From Kudoa neothunni (Eukaryota > Animalia > Cnidaria), in contig OZ199838.1 in NCBI GenBank assembly GCA_964304625.1, positions 11,681,608 through 11,745,607 of the forward strand: 64,000 bases of DNA, read 5' to 3'. This document shows positions 23,361 to 36,791 of the stretch, in pieces. The notes beneath the pieces were generated by a model. It saw nothing but the letters and a program-made list of their open reading frames with translations, searched no databases and was not told the DNA's origin. Position 1 is the stretch's first letter. The number at the start of each line of letters is the position of its first letter. Position numbers and translations under genes: made by a program.

Positions 23361-26300
23361 TTAACCGGTAATGTTGAAATCGGGTTGAGAATGTTGACTA
23401 TTAGTACCGGCTGGATGCTGAAACCGATTAATATCATCAATTATTTTTAGAGTATATTCTAAGGTTGATAGTCAGCATTTAATTTTATATAAAAACTTAA
23501 AAATTACCAGTATTCGAGCTATGAACTATTTTAATGTTGGAAATCATCATTTGAGTGAGCTCTTTGTTGTATTTTAGGGTGTTAAATCTAAGTAAATAAA
23601 TTAGAAGTTAATGTCAGCAAAACTGAACAAACTTTTTCTCGGAGCTGTCTTTCTCTATGATTAAGATGCGGTGTGTAAAAGTCATTTACGCATTTTTGTG
23701 TAAGATTGTTACGAACCTTGGCTAACAGGTTTTTTGTTGAAGGTATCTAAATGGTTTTAATTTGGAACAAAAACAGTAACAACAATTTACCGGAACTATT
23801 AATAACCTCGATAACAGTGTCGTAGTTTATTATAAACATGATATTCAATTTGGACACTGGAATAACTGTGTAATGATATTTGTTGCGTAGGAGTGATATC
23901 AACTAATTGTGTGCAATAGTTAGGGGGTTAAACATGTCGAAATTTCCATAAATTACCTTTCCAATCGATGAGTATGAAGAAGAAACACAAGAAACCGAAT
24001 CCACAAATATACATTCCACGAGGGTTGACTGAGAGGTGCTTTTCAGAGTAATTGGTTGCTCGATATCACCAGTAGATGAGCAGGTATCGCTACTGCCAAG
24101 CGATATATGACCAAGTTGCTCTTCGAAAAGTTTCTCATCGCTCCCATTTGAATCAGACAATGAGTCAATAAGTACGCTCGTTGTATTGTGATGTTGATCA
24201 GCAGACTCATTGAAGGAAGATTTCGATACGAAAGTTGATTCATCTGCCCTATCAACGTATTTTTTCTGTAGGTGTTCTGCAAGTGAGAGCATTCGGTTTT
24301 TTTTGATATTATGGTTGAAAGGCGAGACACGTTGGTTTTTGAATAACGTTTGTACCTGTGTATGAAACAACGATTGCTGATACATATCCAAACTAGTGTC
24401 GAATAATTTGGGGTGTATGCTAGAGGATTCGTCGTGAACTAAAGAGACACAATAATGGTAACACAATACACAATGCTCAAAGCTTACCACCACTTGTAGG
24501 CGAATTAACTATGAAATCATTCAAACTATCAGATGAAGGCAAATGGCTTTCATCCAGCTCGTCCTTGGAAATATTGCTGCCATCTTGAGAGTCAACTTGG
24601 GCTTGAGTCAATAAAAATTTCCTGGATTCTGGGTTTTTCTAGAAGCCACATATTAAACTGTTATCAACGATAGGCAGAATTACTTTTTTCTTAGGAGCTA
24701 TGCAAATATCATCAGACGACGAGTCAACGATACAAGGAGACGCATGGCTTGAGGAAGATGAGATTTACGTCGACGTTTAATAATCATAATGCTTTCATTG
24801 TGTTGTTGTGACTTGGGTTGATTGAGACAAGTGTTAAATTTGGTAGGAGGAACAACACAGGGGGATATATTTTCATCAACAGATGAACTACTCGAATTCG
24901 AACTCGGTAGTCCATGCTTGGGATTGGATGTTTGTGAGTTTACTAACTCAACATCAATCTTAGATTTCCCATTGAGAGATTCAACGTCAAATACGGCTTT
25001 TTCAAAAAGTTCTTCATCGCTGTCAAAAATGATGGATTCGTTTTTTGTGGGAATTGGGTTGGATTTTTTAATAAAATGGCACTCCTGAAAATCGTCGCTA
25101 GAATCGCTATAGATGGCAAGGTCCGATGGTTGAGGTTTGTTATCTTCACGCTTTTCATGTTCAATCTGATCATCTTCTTGTTCGCTAGTTAAACGAGTTA
25201 ATGTTTATAGTTGATATCGATGTAGGTCACTTTTTCAGAGACACTTCTTCAACTATTAGATTGGCCGACAAGGGAAGCAATCTGGGATTGTTTTCATAGT
25301 AACGCAGAGAATTAAGTTGACGAATCAAACTGCTAGTGACGGATCTAGCTTTATCCTGCGCATTTTTATGCATCTAAAAAGCGAAAAGTTTTAAAGCTGT
25401 TCACTGGGATGAACGTAGTACTGTCTCTTCTCGACCTTCAGTCATGAGAATGACTATTCGGCCGGTACGATGTCGCCCTGTACGTCCAATTCGTTGCAAC
25501 ATACGTAATGGGGAGGATGACGCGTCGAAACACACAATCAAATCCACATTGCCGATGTCAAGACCTTCCTCACCCACCGAAGTCGACACTAATACATTGT
25601 ATCTGCCGTTTTTAAATTTTTCAACGGCCTAAATATGGCAATTAGTTTCGTTAAAGGCAACCAATGATTACTTCAAGCTGCTGTTTCTGATTTTGACCAC
25701 CCCCTCGTGATTTGGCCTGACCAACAAATCTCACTACTGATATTGTTGGCGAATAGAATTTGAGGCGCTCTTCTATATCGATTACACTGTCTCTATATTG
25801 GGTAAACACTATAACTCTAGTAGATGTAGGATTGCTGCAGCTAGAAAAGTGGTCGAGTAAAATTTCACAAAGTTTGGTCAATTTGGGATGACAAGGCTAA
25901 GAAAGATTTATTGCTAATCATATTGAGTTTAAATTAATGTCCACGTTACCAACAACGAAGGGTCTGTTGAAGACAGTGACGATTGAAGTAGGTTGTTGGT
26001 TGAATGAACATTCTCAATAAAATCCGGATATTTCTGTAGTTCTTTGACTATCCTTCCAGAATCGGGTATACTTAAATAGTCCAAAATCGATCTGCAAAAG
26101 TTGCGAAACCCATACAAAACTAGAAGCTCATGTGAGTAGGCTAGTTTGATAGCCAATGCAAAGTCCGACTCGCAATACCCCTGCACAGGCTAAATTGAAT
26201 AGTAAAAAATTAGCTTCACTTTCAAATTTAATTAATTCAACTTAAATTAAAAATATCGTCTAAATTTAAATTTCCTTTCAAAAAATATTATTTAAGAGTC

Positions 26301-27430
26301 GTTTTTGTTTTTAATAAGCTAATTTTATCTGAACTATTAGAAACCAAATTATGTAATAATACAGTTGAAAGTTTGGGCTTTATGCGAATGCGAAACTGAT
26401 CTCGAAGCATTATCAACCTATATTTGGATAGCTTTCTGGGATCGCATGAATATAACGCGTGATGGTCGATTAATCTTTTTAGTACGGGGGTCAAGATCTT
26501 ATATCAAATAAGAATGCACTGAAAAACCCTGAAAAACCTTCAATAATTGATCTTCCATGTGGATAATTTGCTGATCTAATTGAACTACAATTGATTCCTG
26601 CTCTCGGCCGTGAATATAGGGAACAATTTCGGGGTGATCATTAGTGTATAAATAAAGCTTTTTGATTAGAAGATTGTCAACTATTTTTTGAACTCCCTAC
26701 ATAATTTAACCAAAAATTAAAGGATGTTCATTTAGTCATCCTATTTACCACCACATTGCTTCCAGGAGATGCAGTCAGCGCCAATATCCGAAATTTGGGT
26801 GTTTACCGAATGAATACTCTTTATCACCTAAAATGGCATAACAGTTACATGTTAAAAACGACAATACTCAGCAATCATCGTTACCTGGCAATAGGAATAA
26901 TTTCCAGTAGCATGATGAGCTTCGTCAGTCACCAACAATATGATATCGTTAGGATCGCAGGAACCGCGCGAAATATCATTGTGAAGGATTTGTGGTGTTA
27001 GGAAAAAAAATATCGTTGGATTCCCAGAGTGCTTCTCTCTTTTTTGGCGGCAGTGAACCTATTTTATGTACACATACATATATATTTGTGTGATTAAAAA
27101 AAACTAACCTGTCATATCAACTACTTTATCACTGGCTAAACCAACAATAGACCAACAAGCTTGCATCTGTTGTTGTACCAGTGGTTTGGTGGGTGCCATA
27201 AAAATTAATTTTTTGGTAGGAAACCATCGGTGATAATTCCAAATTAACACCGCAGCTATAAACGTCTTCCCCATACCTGTGGGTAGACAAACTAGCGAAT
27301 TGTTATACACGGCGTCTTTGACAACATCTAATTGGTATTTTCTAATTGGGAAATCAACAGGGTATTTGATCGTTCTGCCTTCTTCAAAATTGAATCCTAA
27401 ATTATTAGAACTAGTGTTAGTTGTATTCAT
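23361..27430 (-). CDS. FANCM: FANCM/Mph1-family DEAH helicase, multi-exon, two apparent 1-nt frameshifts; 3' end approximate
   Basis: FPIRKYQ...[18 protein letters not shown]; [12 protein letters not shown]; [14 protein letters not shown]; [11 protein letters not shown]; [12 protein letters not shown]; [21 protein letters not shown]...[11 protein letters not shown]; Ser/acidic low-complexity C-terminal half. Extra base in the A8 run at 27003-27010 and in GGG at about 26797-26799. Confidence 0.9.
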
Positions 27431-30329
27431 TTTTCCGTTTGATGAATAAAGGGAAGAGTTGGAAGAGGAGAGTGGCCGCGAACAACGCACACACCACAGA
27501 TCAGCGCATAAATTAGAAATTCCTAACATTATATTTTTATAGCACCATTATTAACTTAAAGATGTGGGTAAATTGAATTATTTATTCTAACAAAAAAAGT
27601 TTTTATTTTTGAGGTGTAAATAACGTTTTTATTAAAATTTAATAAAAACGAGTTATTCCGTAGTCTTCCGAAGAATAATTATAGTTCCTGCTTTATTTAA
27701 TGCGTTACTTTGTTGTCGATAATGACTTAATATAATTTAGATTAATATATAATTTAATTTATAGATTGTATTTAAACTTTAACAGTTGAAATGATCAAAT
27801 TGAGGGGTTTTCATTACAGTGGTTGGACAGTTTTTCGTACATTTTCATCAATAATTTGATTACGACTTAATTAGTTTTTTGTAACTGCAGAAAAATTATG
27901 AGAAAAAAGTCAAATAATTACAGAAATATAGAAGGAAAATAAATTAATCATGTATTTTAAGTCTTTCCCAAAGAGAGGTGCCAAGACCGCTACTACTCAT
28001 CATTTTAAATAATCCACTATTTCAACGTTAGATGGTATTCCAACTAAAAATAACGACATTACTCATTGTTTTGAGGTTCAAGCTACTTCTAAAAATAGAA
28101 AATGCTTAAAATGAGGCTATAATCAAAATGTCGACCAAAAAGTTTATGATTGGATTTGTTTCATAATTAAAAAAAATATTTACAAAATTCTTTGAATACA
28201 TTGAAAAAATAATGGAATCGCTGGTGAAGATAATTTTGGAACAAATGCTGTATATGGATGGTTTAGTGTAGGGCTACCCGATTGGGGGTCCGTGAGACAG
28301 TTATTGGGAACCCAAGACACATCTTGAGTCGACGAAAAAGTAATACGGATGAGCATACTTCCTACATATTGTACCAATTTTAACTAATCAGAATCTCTCT
28401 AAAAATATATCATAAGCGATTCGTACGTAACAAAAGCTGAAATAAGTCCAATAAACAAATCTTCTTTTGATAAATTATACTAAAAATTAATTTTTTTCAA
28501 ATCTACTATTTTCTTTTATTAGCATTTCAAATAGCCTATTGTAAAAATTTCAAAAGATTTACTTTTTGAATCAAAAAATTATTTCAAAATGAGTTGATTG
28601 TTAAAAACTGTGATATTTATTTCTTTAATCAAACTTTAATTAGTGTTAAGGTTTTTTTATTTTTGTTGTATCATTTTAAATTATTTTTAATAATTATCAA
28701 AACCAATTTGTATTAAAAATTATGTAAACTAAAACTTTATATCCGAGATTGATCACATGGTTTTCTCTCATTTAATTTTTTATTTATAATTAAAACAAAA
28801 AAATACAAAATCAAACATTCTGCGCAATCGGAACTATTCACATCTGATATATTGCACCAAAATATTAATACGTCTAATTCATTTATAAATTATGGTTTTT
28901 ACATATTTTTATCGAATAAAAAGTCTCGTTTGGACCTTATAATTGTTCAGAAAGGCAAGAAAAAAAATCTAAACATTAAATTAATATGAGTTGTTTGTAT
29001 TTTATTTACATTTTTTTCTTGTTAAAGCAGACGGCCTTTTTTCTTTTCTATGTACTTTTAGTAGAGATATTTTCTCCTTAAAAATAAATCGATTTAAAAT
29101 GTCTATTTTGAGAAACGGGCGGAATTTTATTCATAAGTAGTAGGGGGCAGAAACAAAATTGAATCGGGGAGCGCTGTTCTAGATGTATTCGAATAAAAGA
29201 GGCTAATTTAAGTTGTTAAATTTGACTTTAACTTATTTAAGTGTATAAATAAATGCTCTGATTTTCATTTATAATTTTTTATCAAGAATATTTATCGAAA
29301 ATTCATGTCAGAGAACAATAGAAATTCGAACATAAAACTTGACATGTAACATAATAAAAACTGAACAACGAAATAATTGATCTCAAATTTGGACAGATTG
29401 GAAAGTTAAACCCGGATCATAATATCATTTATAAGAAAATTGGTCATTTCGAAATAAATAAAAGTCTGACCTAACCTAATCACAACCTAATTATATGAAT
29501 GTGTTACTTTAAAGGTAATAAAATAACGATTTTGTACGTTGAATACACTAATACAAACAACTACCTAACCGCCACACTCAATATAATCAAATAAAATAAA
29601 CAATTTAAATTAAGCTAAGTTTCATATCGAACTTTTCGATTGAAAATTACCCATTAAATAAATAAATAAATAAATTAATTAATTGACTTTTTAAATTTAT
29701 TCCAGATTGACTCCTGCACCCCCAATGGGAGCTCTTCGTACCCCTGTGGGGAAATATTGTGACACACTAAAATTTAGAAAGTCGCTATTATTACGGACTA
29801 AATAATCAGACAAGACCAAGATTAATCTTCACTGTATTAAATTTTTCCTGATTCTATGAGCGAAGAAAACTTAAATAAATATTTAAGTATAGCATATTCT
29901 AACAAATTAGCTGATTAAATTTCTTATGAAAGAGAATTTTTAGAATTAAAAAATGAGATCGGTCGGTGCACACATATAATTTAAGATTATATTTTATCAC
30001 GACAATAATTACACCCTAAAATTGATCACAGAATATCTAAATAAGTTAGCTTAAACTAAATACATTAGAGAACAGTAATGGTTAAATAACATCGAAAAGA
30101 TTAAGTACCACTGACTTATACGATTAATTTTAGGTTTGCAAATGCTTCAGACAAAACTCCAGTGTCTTAAGGCAATATTTTAAGCATCAACTCACATTAG
30201 GTCCACTAAATTAAGTAAAACTCTGACTAGATGTTCTGATTTTACAAAATTTAATAAGGAATGACGAACACAAAACACAACTAATGATCTAACATAAAGC
30301 TGATCAAATGAGCGAATGAGTTTGCTCAG

Positions 30330-31293
30330 TTAATTGGTAGGGAAATACTGAACAATAAAATTTTTAATAGTCCGGATGTATTCGCGAAAATTATTCGTAT
30401 TTTCGTTGCAGCTTAGGTCTTTTTTATAGGATTGTAACATAGATGCTAATCTCCTAAAAAACTTTTCTTTTTGTTGTTGAGGCGTAAATTTGACAAAGGA
30501 TTGGTCAGCAACCAACTAAATTGGTAGAATTTATTGTCATTCTCCAGAAAAATTATCATTCCACTTTCAAATTATCTTGTATCACTTCTAGAATCGGTTG
30601 TGTTAATGGAGTGACTTTTTTGTGGAGATTTTTGAAATTTTTAGCCAGTTTTATTCCGTAATAATCCACACCATTGATTCCGTATTTAATTTCGTATGTA
30701 TAATCAAGCTGGGTGTTATCGACTGTAGATTCTTTCACTACCATGTACGTACTAAAAAAAATGAATATTCTCCAGCAACATCATCAAAGATAATCATACT
30801 TTTGAACGTTGTTGAAGAAGCTTTCAATGCATCCGAGTTGTTTAAAGTGGCTGGTGACCAAAACAAAATTCTTTGTAACCACATAGTGAATCGCGTAAAT
30901 AAGATGATATAGTTTCAAAGGAGATACTTTACGCGGAATTTTCGCCAGATAAGTTAACACTGAGTATGCAATAGCAATACCATCGTAGATTGTTGTACTT
31001 TTACCCAGTTCATCAATAAGAATAAGATTGACTCCAGAGCTGGTTTTTCTGATAATGTTGGAGATGTTATCCGCCTGGAGATGATGTCCCATACAAAAAG
31101 TGTCTCAACAATAACTCAACAAACTTCGATCGAAAATGTAGAAAAGCCCTCACCAATATAATCGTCATGTTGGAAGTGAGTCATAATCTGGTTGCATACT
31201 GTAAACGTTGATCTACTACAGGGTAGGAATGAGCCAATTTGAGCCATGACTTGATAAAGGGCAACCATTTTGAGGTAGGTCGTTTTTTCCGCT
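30330..31293 (-). CDS. MSH4: MutS homolog 4, C-terminal ATPase half only (5 exons); upstream exons not found
   Basis: SGKTTYLKMVALYQVMAQIGSFLP...DDYIGEGFSTFSIE...LILIDELGKST...TSHF...YGIKLA matches the MSH4 ATPase domain. Begins at an AG acceptor inside Walker A; one extra base in the run at 31283-31288. Confidence 0.78.
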
Positions 31294-31660
31294 CTAAAAG
31301 TTAATTAAGAATTGACATATTGTAGTTCTATTTGAAAACGCAAGCATCATCTTATTTAAGTTTAAGTAAGTTTAAATTAAAGTTAAAAATAGTAAATCTT
31401 AATCTCCCATATCTGGCAAAAACTTCATTTTTTTAATTAGTGAAACTTCAACAATTAACTTGAAAAGCGTGACATGATGTTATCAGTTAACTAATTAGAC
31501 AGATTGAAGACAATTAATTCTAATTTATTGTTTTTAACTCAATGAGCAGGTAAGCTCCATCTGTAGGCCGGCTGCGGCACGCTTTCACTTCAACACAGTG
31601 TTGTATAACCACACAATGAGGGATATCAACAAGTATTGGTTTGCGAGCTTCCAGGTTATT

Positions 31661-31905
31661 GTAGTTATTAGTCTAATTATCCAAAATTCATTATTGCATT
31701 GAATCAATGATTGTCCCAATTAATTATCCTAAATTGGTTGCTGACTACAATCAGCAATTATTATTAATCCAATAACCCCAAAGTTTATAGTTGACTACAA
31801 TCAACGATAGTTCATGTTAGTTACCCATAATTAGTTGTTGACTAGAATCAGCAATTATTAGTCTAATTATCCCTATTTCACAGTTAATTAGAATCAGCAA
31901 TTGTT
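31661..31905. repeat. Degenerate minisatellite, period about 50 nt
   Basis: Recurrent TTGACTA(C/G)AATCAGCAATT and TTATTAGTCTAATTATCC units, 4-5 imperfect copies. Confidence 0.65.
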
Positions 31906-32295
31906 CAAATTAATTACACTAATTAAATCATTAAACATAATTACCCAACATCAAATTTTTGCTGAAATAAAATGTTTAAGTTAATACTGGAACGGACAAC
32001 AAATAATTAACTAATAAGAATTTAATTCAAATAAGACAAATACGATATGATATTAATCTTCTTATGTTTGGATCAACTAGTAATACAAAGTTGCAAACAA
32101 ATCCAACCAATTTACGTGACAAATGACAATATTATCGTATCAAAAACAATCCTATTCTAATCAATAAATACATCGTACATAGGTACGAGAAAATTTAACA
32201 AAACAGGAAATCGTGTAGAGATTATATAAAAAAGTGAATCAGCCAACTGGTCGAAAGCTTTATACTCGGATATCGTTAATGATCGTTTAAAGCAA

Positions 32296-32604
32296 ATGGA
32301 TCTGACCAAAATACCAGATGATAAAAAATTACGTATCTGCAAGATCTATTTTTATTTGGGGATTTTTTTACTACCGGCAGTACTGCTGGTGAATGGAATC
32401 TGGTTTTTTCCTTATGCTTTCCTACGTTCGACCGATCAACAATACAAAAACCCCATAAGAAGATATGTGCTGTTGTCATTAATTATAGGAACGTTATATT
32501 TGATTTTTCTGCTAACTTGGATGATAGTTTATGGAGTTTGGAGACCAATCTTTGGCGATGGATGGGACAACATATCTCTCAACATAGCCAGAGGGACTAT
32601 GTGA
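32296..32604 (+). CDS. PSENEN: Gamma-secretase subunit PEN-2, intronless
   Basis: MDLTKIPDDKKLRICKIYFYLGIFLLP...VNGIWFF...IRRYV...WDNISLNIARG, 102 aa, with hydrophobic segments. Confidence 0.93.
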   Translation: MDLTKIPDDKKLRICKIYFYLGIFLLPAVLLVNGIWFFPYAFLRSTDQQYKNPIRRYVLLSLIIGTLYLIFLLTWMIVYGVWRPIFGDGWDNISLNIARGTM

Positions 32605-32831
32605 ATATAATCGCAACTACTCATATTTAAAAAACCCTTCAAATTTTTTATCATATATATAAATATTTTTTATATTTTGTAAAAAAATCATTTTTTTTTC
32701 AAAGTCAAGCCACAAAATTGGAGAAATATCACACGGTTAAAATCCTATTCGCAAATTAGATGATTAATTAGATAAGTTTAGTTGGATGTGTTGTTTGTTG
32801 CTAGAGAGGGTAAATTATGGGAGAATTTAAG

Positions 32832-33859
32832 CTAAAAATTGTCATTATCTTGAGTTGGATTAGATGCTGGGGGAAAAATATGTTTGTAACACAGTTTATA
32901 GATTGAACCTCCTTCCTTAGTAACGTTGACTCCTTCATCTGTGACTTTTTGCAGTTTATTATACATAATGTCATCTTCAAGTTCTTTCTCAGTACAACGG
33001 ACAAACAGAGGATGCATTTCAAGTTCTTTTTCAGCGTACTGGAAATAGGCTTCAACATCGGTGGCCAAGTAGAAGCGTCCCTAAAATAGAAAGTCGAAAC
33101 AGATACATTCCAATTTTGAATAAAAAACCTCAGGTTTTAATGTGTAGGCATATTCATCTAATAATGATTTCCTAAATTAGATTAAACAAAACGCTTTAAC
33201 TCATAAATATATTGCCTTATTATTCGCTGGTTGTGTTTAGAGGGTTTAAAGTGTGGGTCTGGGAAAAGTACAAATATTTTATACAACTAGATCCAATGAG
33301 ATAACAAAACTTAAAATGATATAAAAGTGGCATAAATTAACTTGATCTTTGGAAAAATAATTATGATAATATTTCATAGCATTGGTCCTAACAACCCAAA
33401 TATTTTCGCATTCATTTCGAGCTCTAAGTGCTTGTATTTTTTGCTCAACGAAGGAATGAACCTATAATTGATTTTAGAAATATTTTATTTCATAACTAAA
33501 TTAAAAAAAAAACTTTATCTCTAATCTCCATACCAAGCGATAATTGATCTGGAAAAGTTTTGGAAAGATCAACTAAATAAATCTATCCACACATAACAAT
33601 AATTAAACAAAAATATACACAAAAGTCCCCCATAACCACATCCAATATCGACAATTTCGATTTTCTGAGATATTTTATTTTGGAAACTCGGGAAATATTC
33701 GTCCATATTAACGTCATCAGGTTTGAGTGGTCTGAAAAATTAAAAAAATTATAATGAAAATTAATATTGAAATAAATACACTCTGAAATTTCTGTCAGCA
33801 CATTGAGATGAGTGAGGACGTTGTCGAAAATCCTTTTTTTTTGGAACTACAACAGACAT
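32832..33859 (-). CDS. METTL1: tRNA (guanine-N7)-methyltransferase METTL1/Trm8, 7 exons
   Basis: PKKKDFRQRPHS; IVDIGCGYGGLL; GMEIRDKV; RTNAMKY; LFPDPHFK; LLDEYAYTL; ATDV. Frame intact through short introns. Confidence 0.93.
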
Positions 33860-35544
33860 GTTATATTTAACGCGCTTGCGTAGAAATACGTACGATTACA
33901 ATAAACTTCTCGTATGCGTAGGTAGCCCGCTGCTGTAGAGTCGTGCGTACATGCATATTTTACTCTTGCATCAACAATCAATAATTGACACTAATTTCAT
34001 TCTTATTGTTTATTTTTGAAATAAAATAACTCCGATGATAAATTTGGCATCATTTTTTGATTATTATTTAGATTTATTAATGAAATTCATAAATTAGGAT
34101 TAGGTTGACTAATTCAACATATTATATGAATTTTTAAAAAATGAATTAGGGAATATTTTACTCTTGGATGGCGCATAAAACGAGTTTTTACTATTTTTGT
34201 TTAATAGTGCTACTTTTAAGTAAAAATATGTGATAATTATAACTATTAAATGTTTTTAGCTTATTTTATTAAATAACTTATAATTGTCTACTTATGAAAA
34301 GTTTAAGCATAAGTACTATAATAAGGAAAATTACGTACGTGTATTATGTAACAGAATGAAATAAACAAAAATCTGTTTTGTTATTTTAATAGATAAAAAT
34401 AAGGCTATATAATTTTTCATTTAATTCAACATTTTTGTTGCTCTCCTCGTTTTTCGATAAATATTTAAAAAATGAAATTTGAATATTGTGAAAGTATTTA
34501 TAAAGAAAAATCCTCGTCACGGATAAAATATTTGAACCTTTTCTTCATGGAAGCATAAAACATCTGTATATATAAGTATAAAATTAGTGAATGGAATATG
34601 CGTTTTTAAAAATAGGAATATTTAATTTTATAAAAAAAATTATTAAGATTTGTTAGAATACTCGGGAATTTAAATATATTTCTTAGATGTGAATAATTTT
34701 TTCATTTTTCATATTCTCATTTTTACCGAGAAAAATGAAATTGTGCCCGATCAAAACGAAATGAACTCCAGCAACTAAGCTCTAATGATTCAATACATAC
34801 GATACATCATATAAAAAGAATTTTTGTAACAATATAATATTATTTTGATTTATTACGACCATACAATTGATTTATATTAATTACTAATATTTAGAATACA
34901 ATGAAACAAGCGAAGTTACCTAAATAAAGATACTAATTCTATTTAAAGCAGTGAGGATGACTGACGTTACGATTATTTGGAAAAACATTCGATGGAATCA
35001 CTCCGAATGACCGTTTCACAATGTTATACATAGATTGTAAGTCTTTGTGGAGTGCAATGAATGCCTTTTTTGAGCATAACATCGATACATTGAAACATTT
35101 TAAAGGAAATAAAAAAATCTATGCTTTCAAATCAGCAATAACAAGAGTTATTATATAGGTCGAATAGACGAAAATTGTTTTCTTCGCCGAAAGATATCTG
35201 AAAATTAATTAATTAATATTTTGTTTTTACTATATCTTCAAGTGGGGATTAAAAATTATTACTTCAAGTTTCCATTACAAGTTAAAGTTTACGGTGCTAT
35301 TTTTAGAAAGGATAAAGTGCGATTCTACTATAGAATCAAGATAACACTATACCAGGGATTTTAGGAAGTTAGATATGAACGATATGGTTGAAAATCTTAT
35401 TTTCCTAGATTACATAGGTTTTGTAATTGTTACAACAGTAGAAAGAATGTACGCAGTTGAAAAAGTAGAGAATGATAATACTGGCAATTTTTCACATAAT
35501 CGTGCGAGAGTATAAGAATCTTAAAATAATTCAAAAAAGATATA

Positions 35545-36791
35545 CGGTAACGTCTCGATATTGCGAGGTTCGATATAGGGTAGTCGAAGTTTTTTCCAAA
35601 TTTCTACAACCAACGTTGTAACCGTTTCGATGTATATAATCTTCTATTTTAGCGTTATTCCCAAAAATATGAAATAACATTTTAAAAACGCATTTTTTGT
35701 AAAATTCAGGGTCTTGATATTGGACAGTGGTTACTTACAATTTTAATTCGACTAATTCGCTAAATTACACATTCGAACGTTCGGTATTGTGAAAGGAGAA
35801 AGAAATTTTGGTAAAAATTTAGACCTATTCAATAATATGATTCAATTACTTCAATCTTAAATGCCAAATAAATTATTCTATAACGCCGTAGAATACAATG
35901 AATTCTGTTATTGTGAATTTTATTCAAATTAAAATTAGTTATTCTTCTCTGAATAAAATTTTATCTAATAGATCTGATATAATGAACTCCAATGTTGTTC
36001 TCACAGTAAACGAAATACAAATAAAAAATACATCCAACTTCAAATTTTTTTATACGACCGGATTGTATCAGAACACCAAAAAAGACAAATATTCTAGAGT
36101 TTTTATCACTGAGAAGGCAAAACTTTTTGCTGATGATCTTAAATCACTGGTTTAAGTGAAACAAAAGGTTTCTACTTAAAAATTTAAAGATTCTCTGTTG
36201 TTTAAAAATTCACCCTTCGCGGAGAAGAGGGGAGAGTTGATGACAATATTGTTAATGATTAGGTAATCAAATTTTATTAGGTAAAAAGTAGAGATGAAAA
36301 ATAAAACATATTAAATCTCGGTGAGACCGCTCTTTCCTAAGAACAATGCACTTAACGAACATATGATATAAAGAAGGAGTTGAATTAAAAGGAAATGAAA
36401 CAATCAAAAAACCTGTGATAGAATTATACTGTGCTTAATTTATGGGGATAAAATTCCCACATAGCGCCATGGTAAATTTCAAGAGACCTCCTGTTTTAAA
36501 GGAATTTAGGAATTATCTGTTAAATATTAAGGTTCAAAAACATGGTTGGATGTCTTCAACTATCCTAATGATATTTTAAAAACTCTTGATCAAAAGTTCG
36601 CGAAGAATGAAGTAAAGTTTTTATATTATTAGATCGACGCCTTTTGCATCTTTACTTTAATAATACAAGCAAGATAGTTCGTTTTTTCGTTAAAAATAAA
36701 AATATATTCTAGTGGGGCGTGTGTGAAACCTCGATATTGGGCAGTAAAAAACGCAGGTCCGGATTTAGTGCGCAATATCGAAACCTTACTG
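35545..36791 (+). mobile_element. Internally deleted pogo/Tigger-like element
   Basis: TA|CGGTAACGTCTCGATATTGCG ... CGCAATATCGAAACCTTACTG|TA (imperfect TIRs, TA flanks); relic peptide KIHLRGEEGRVDD near 36205-36245 resembles the pogo xHGExxSVD motif. Confidence 0.7.

Noticed and set aside
29468-29491. CCTAA repeats resembling a TTAGG telomeric seed
   Set aside because: Only about three interrupted copies; too short to call.
30196-30205. Minus-strand AG-TGGACCTAAT-GT micro-exon encoding GPN, tempting as the missing MSH4 Walker A half
   Set aside because: It lies downstream of the MSH4 stop and would give GPN-SGK, one residue short of GxxxxGK; probably chance.
31661-31905. Repeat-spacer-like pattern resembling a CRISPR array
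   Set aside because: Repeats are degenerate, the intervening segments resemble each other, the context is eukaryotic and there are no cas genes; it is a minisatellite.
35898-36155. 85-aa ORF
   Set aside because: Lies inside a decayed pogo-like element and is not an independent gene.
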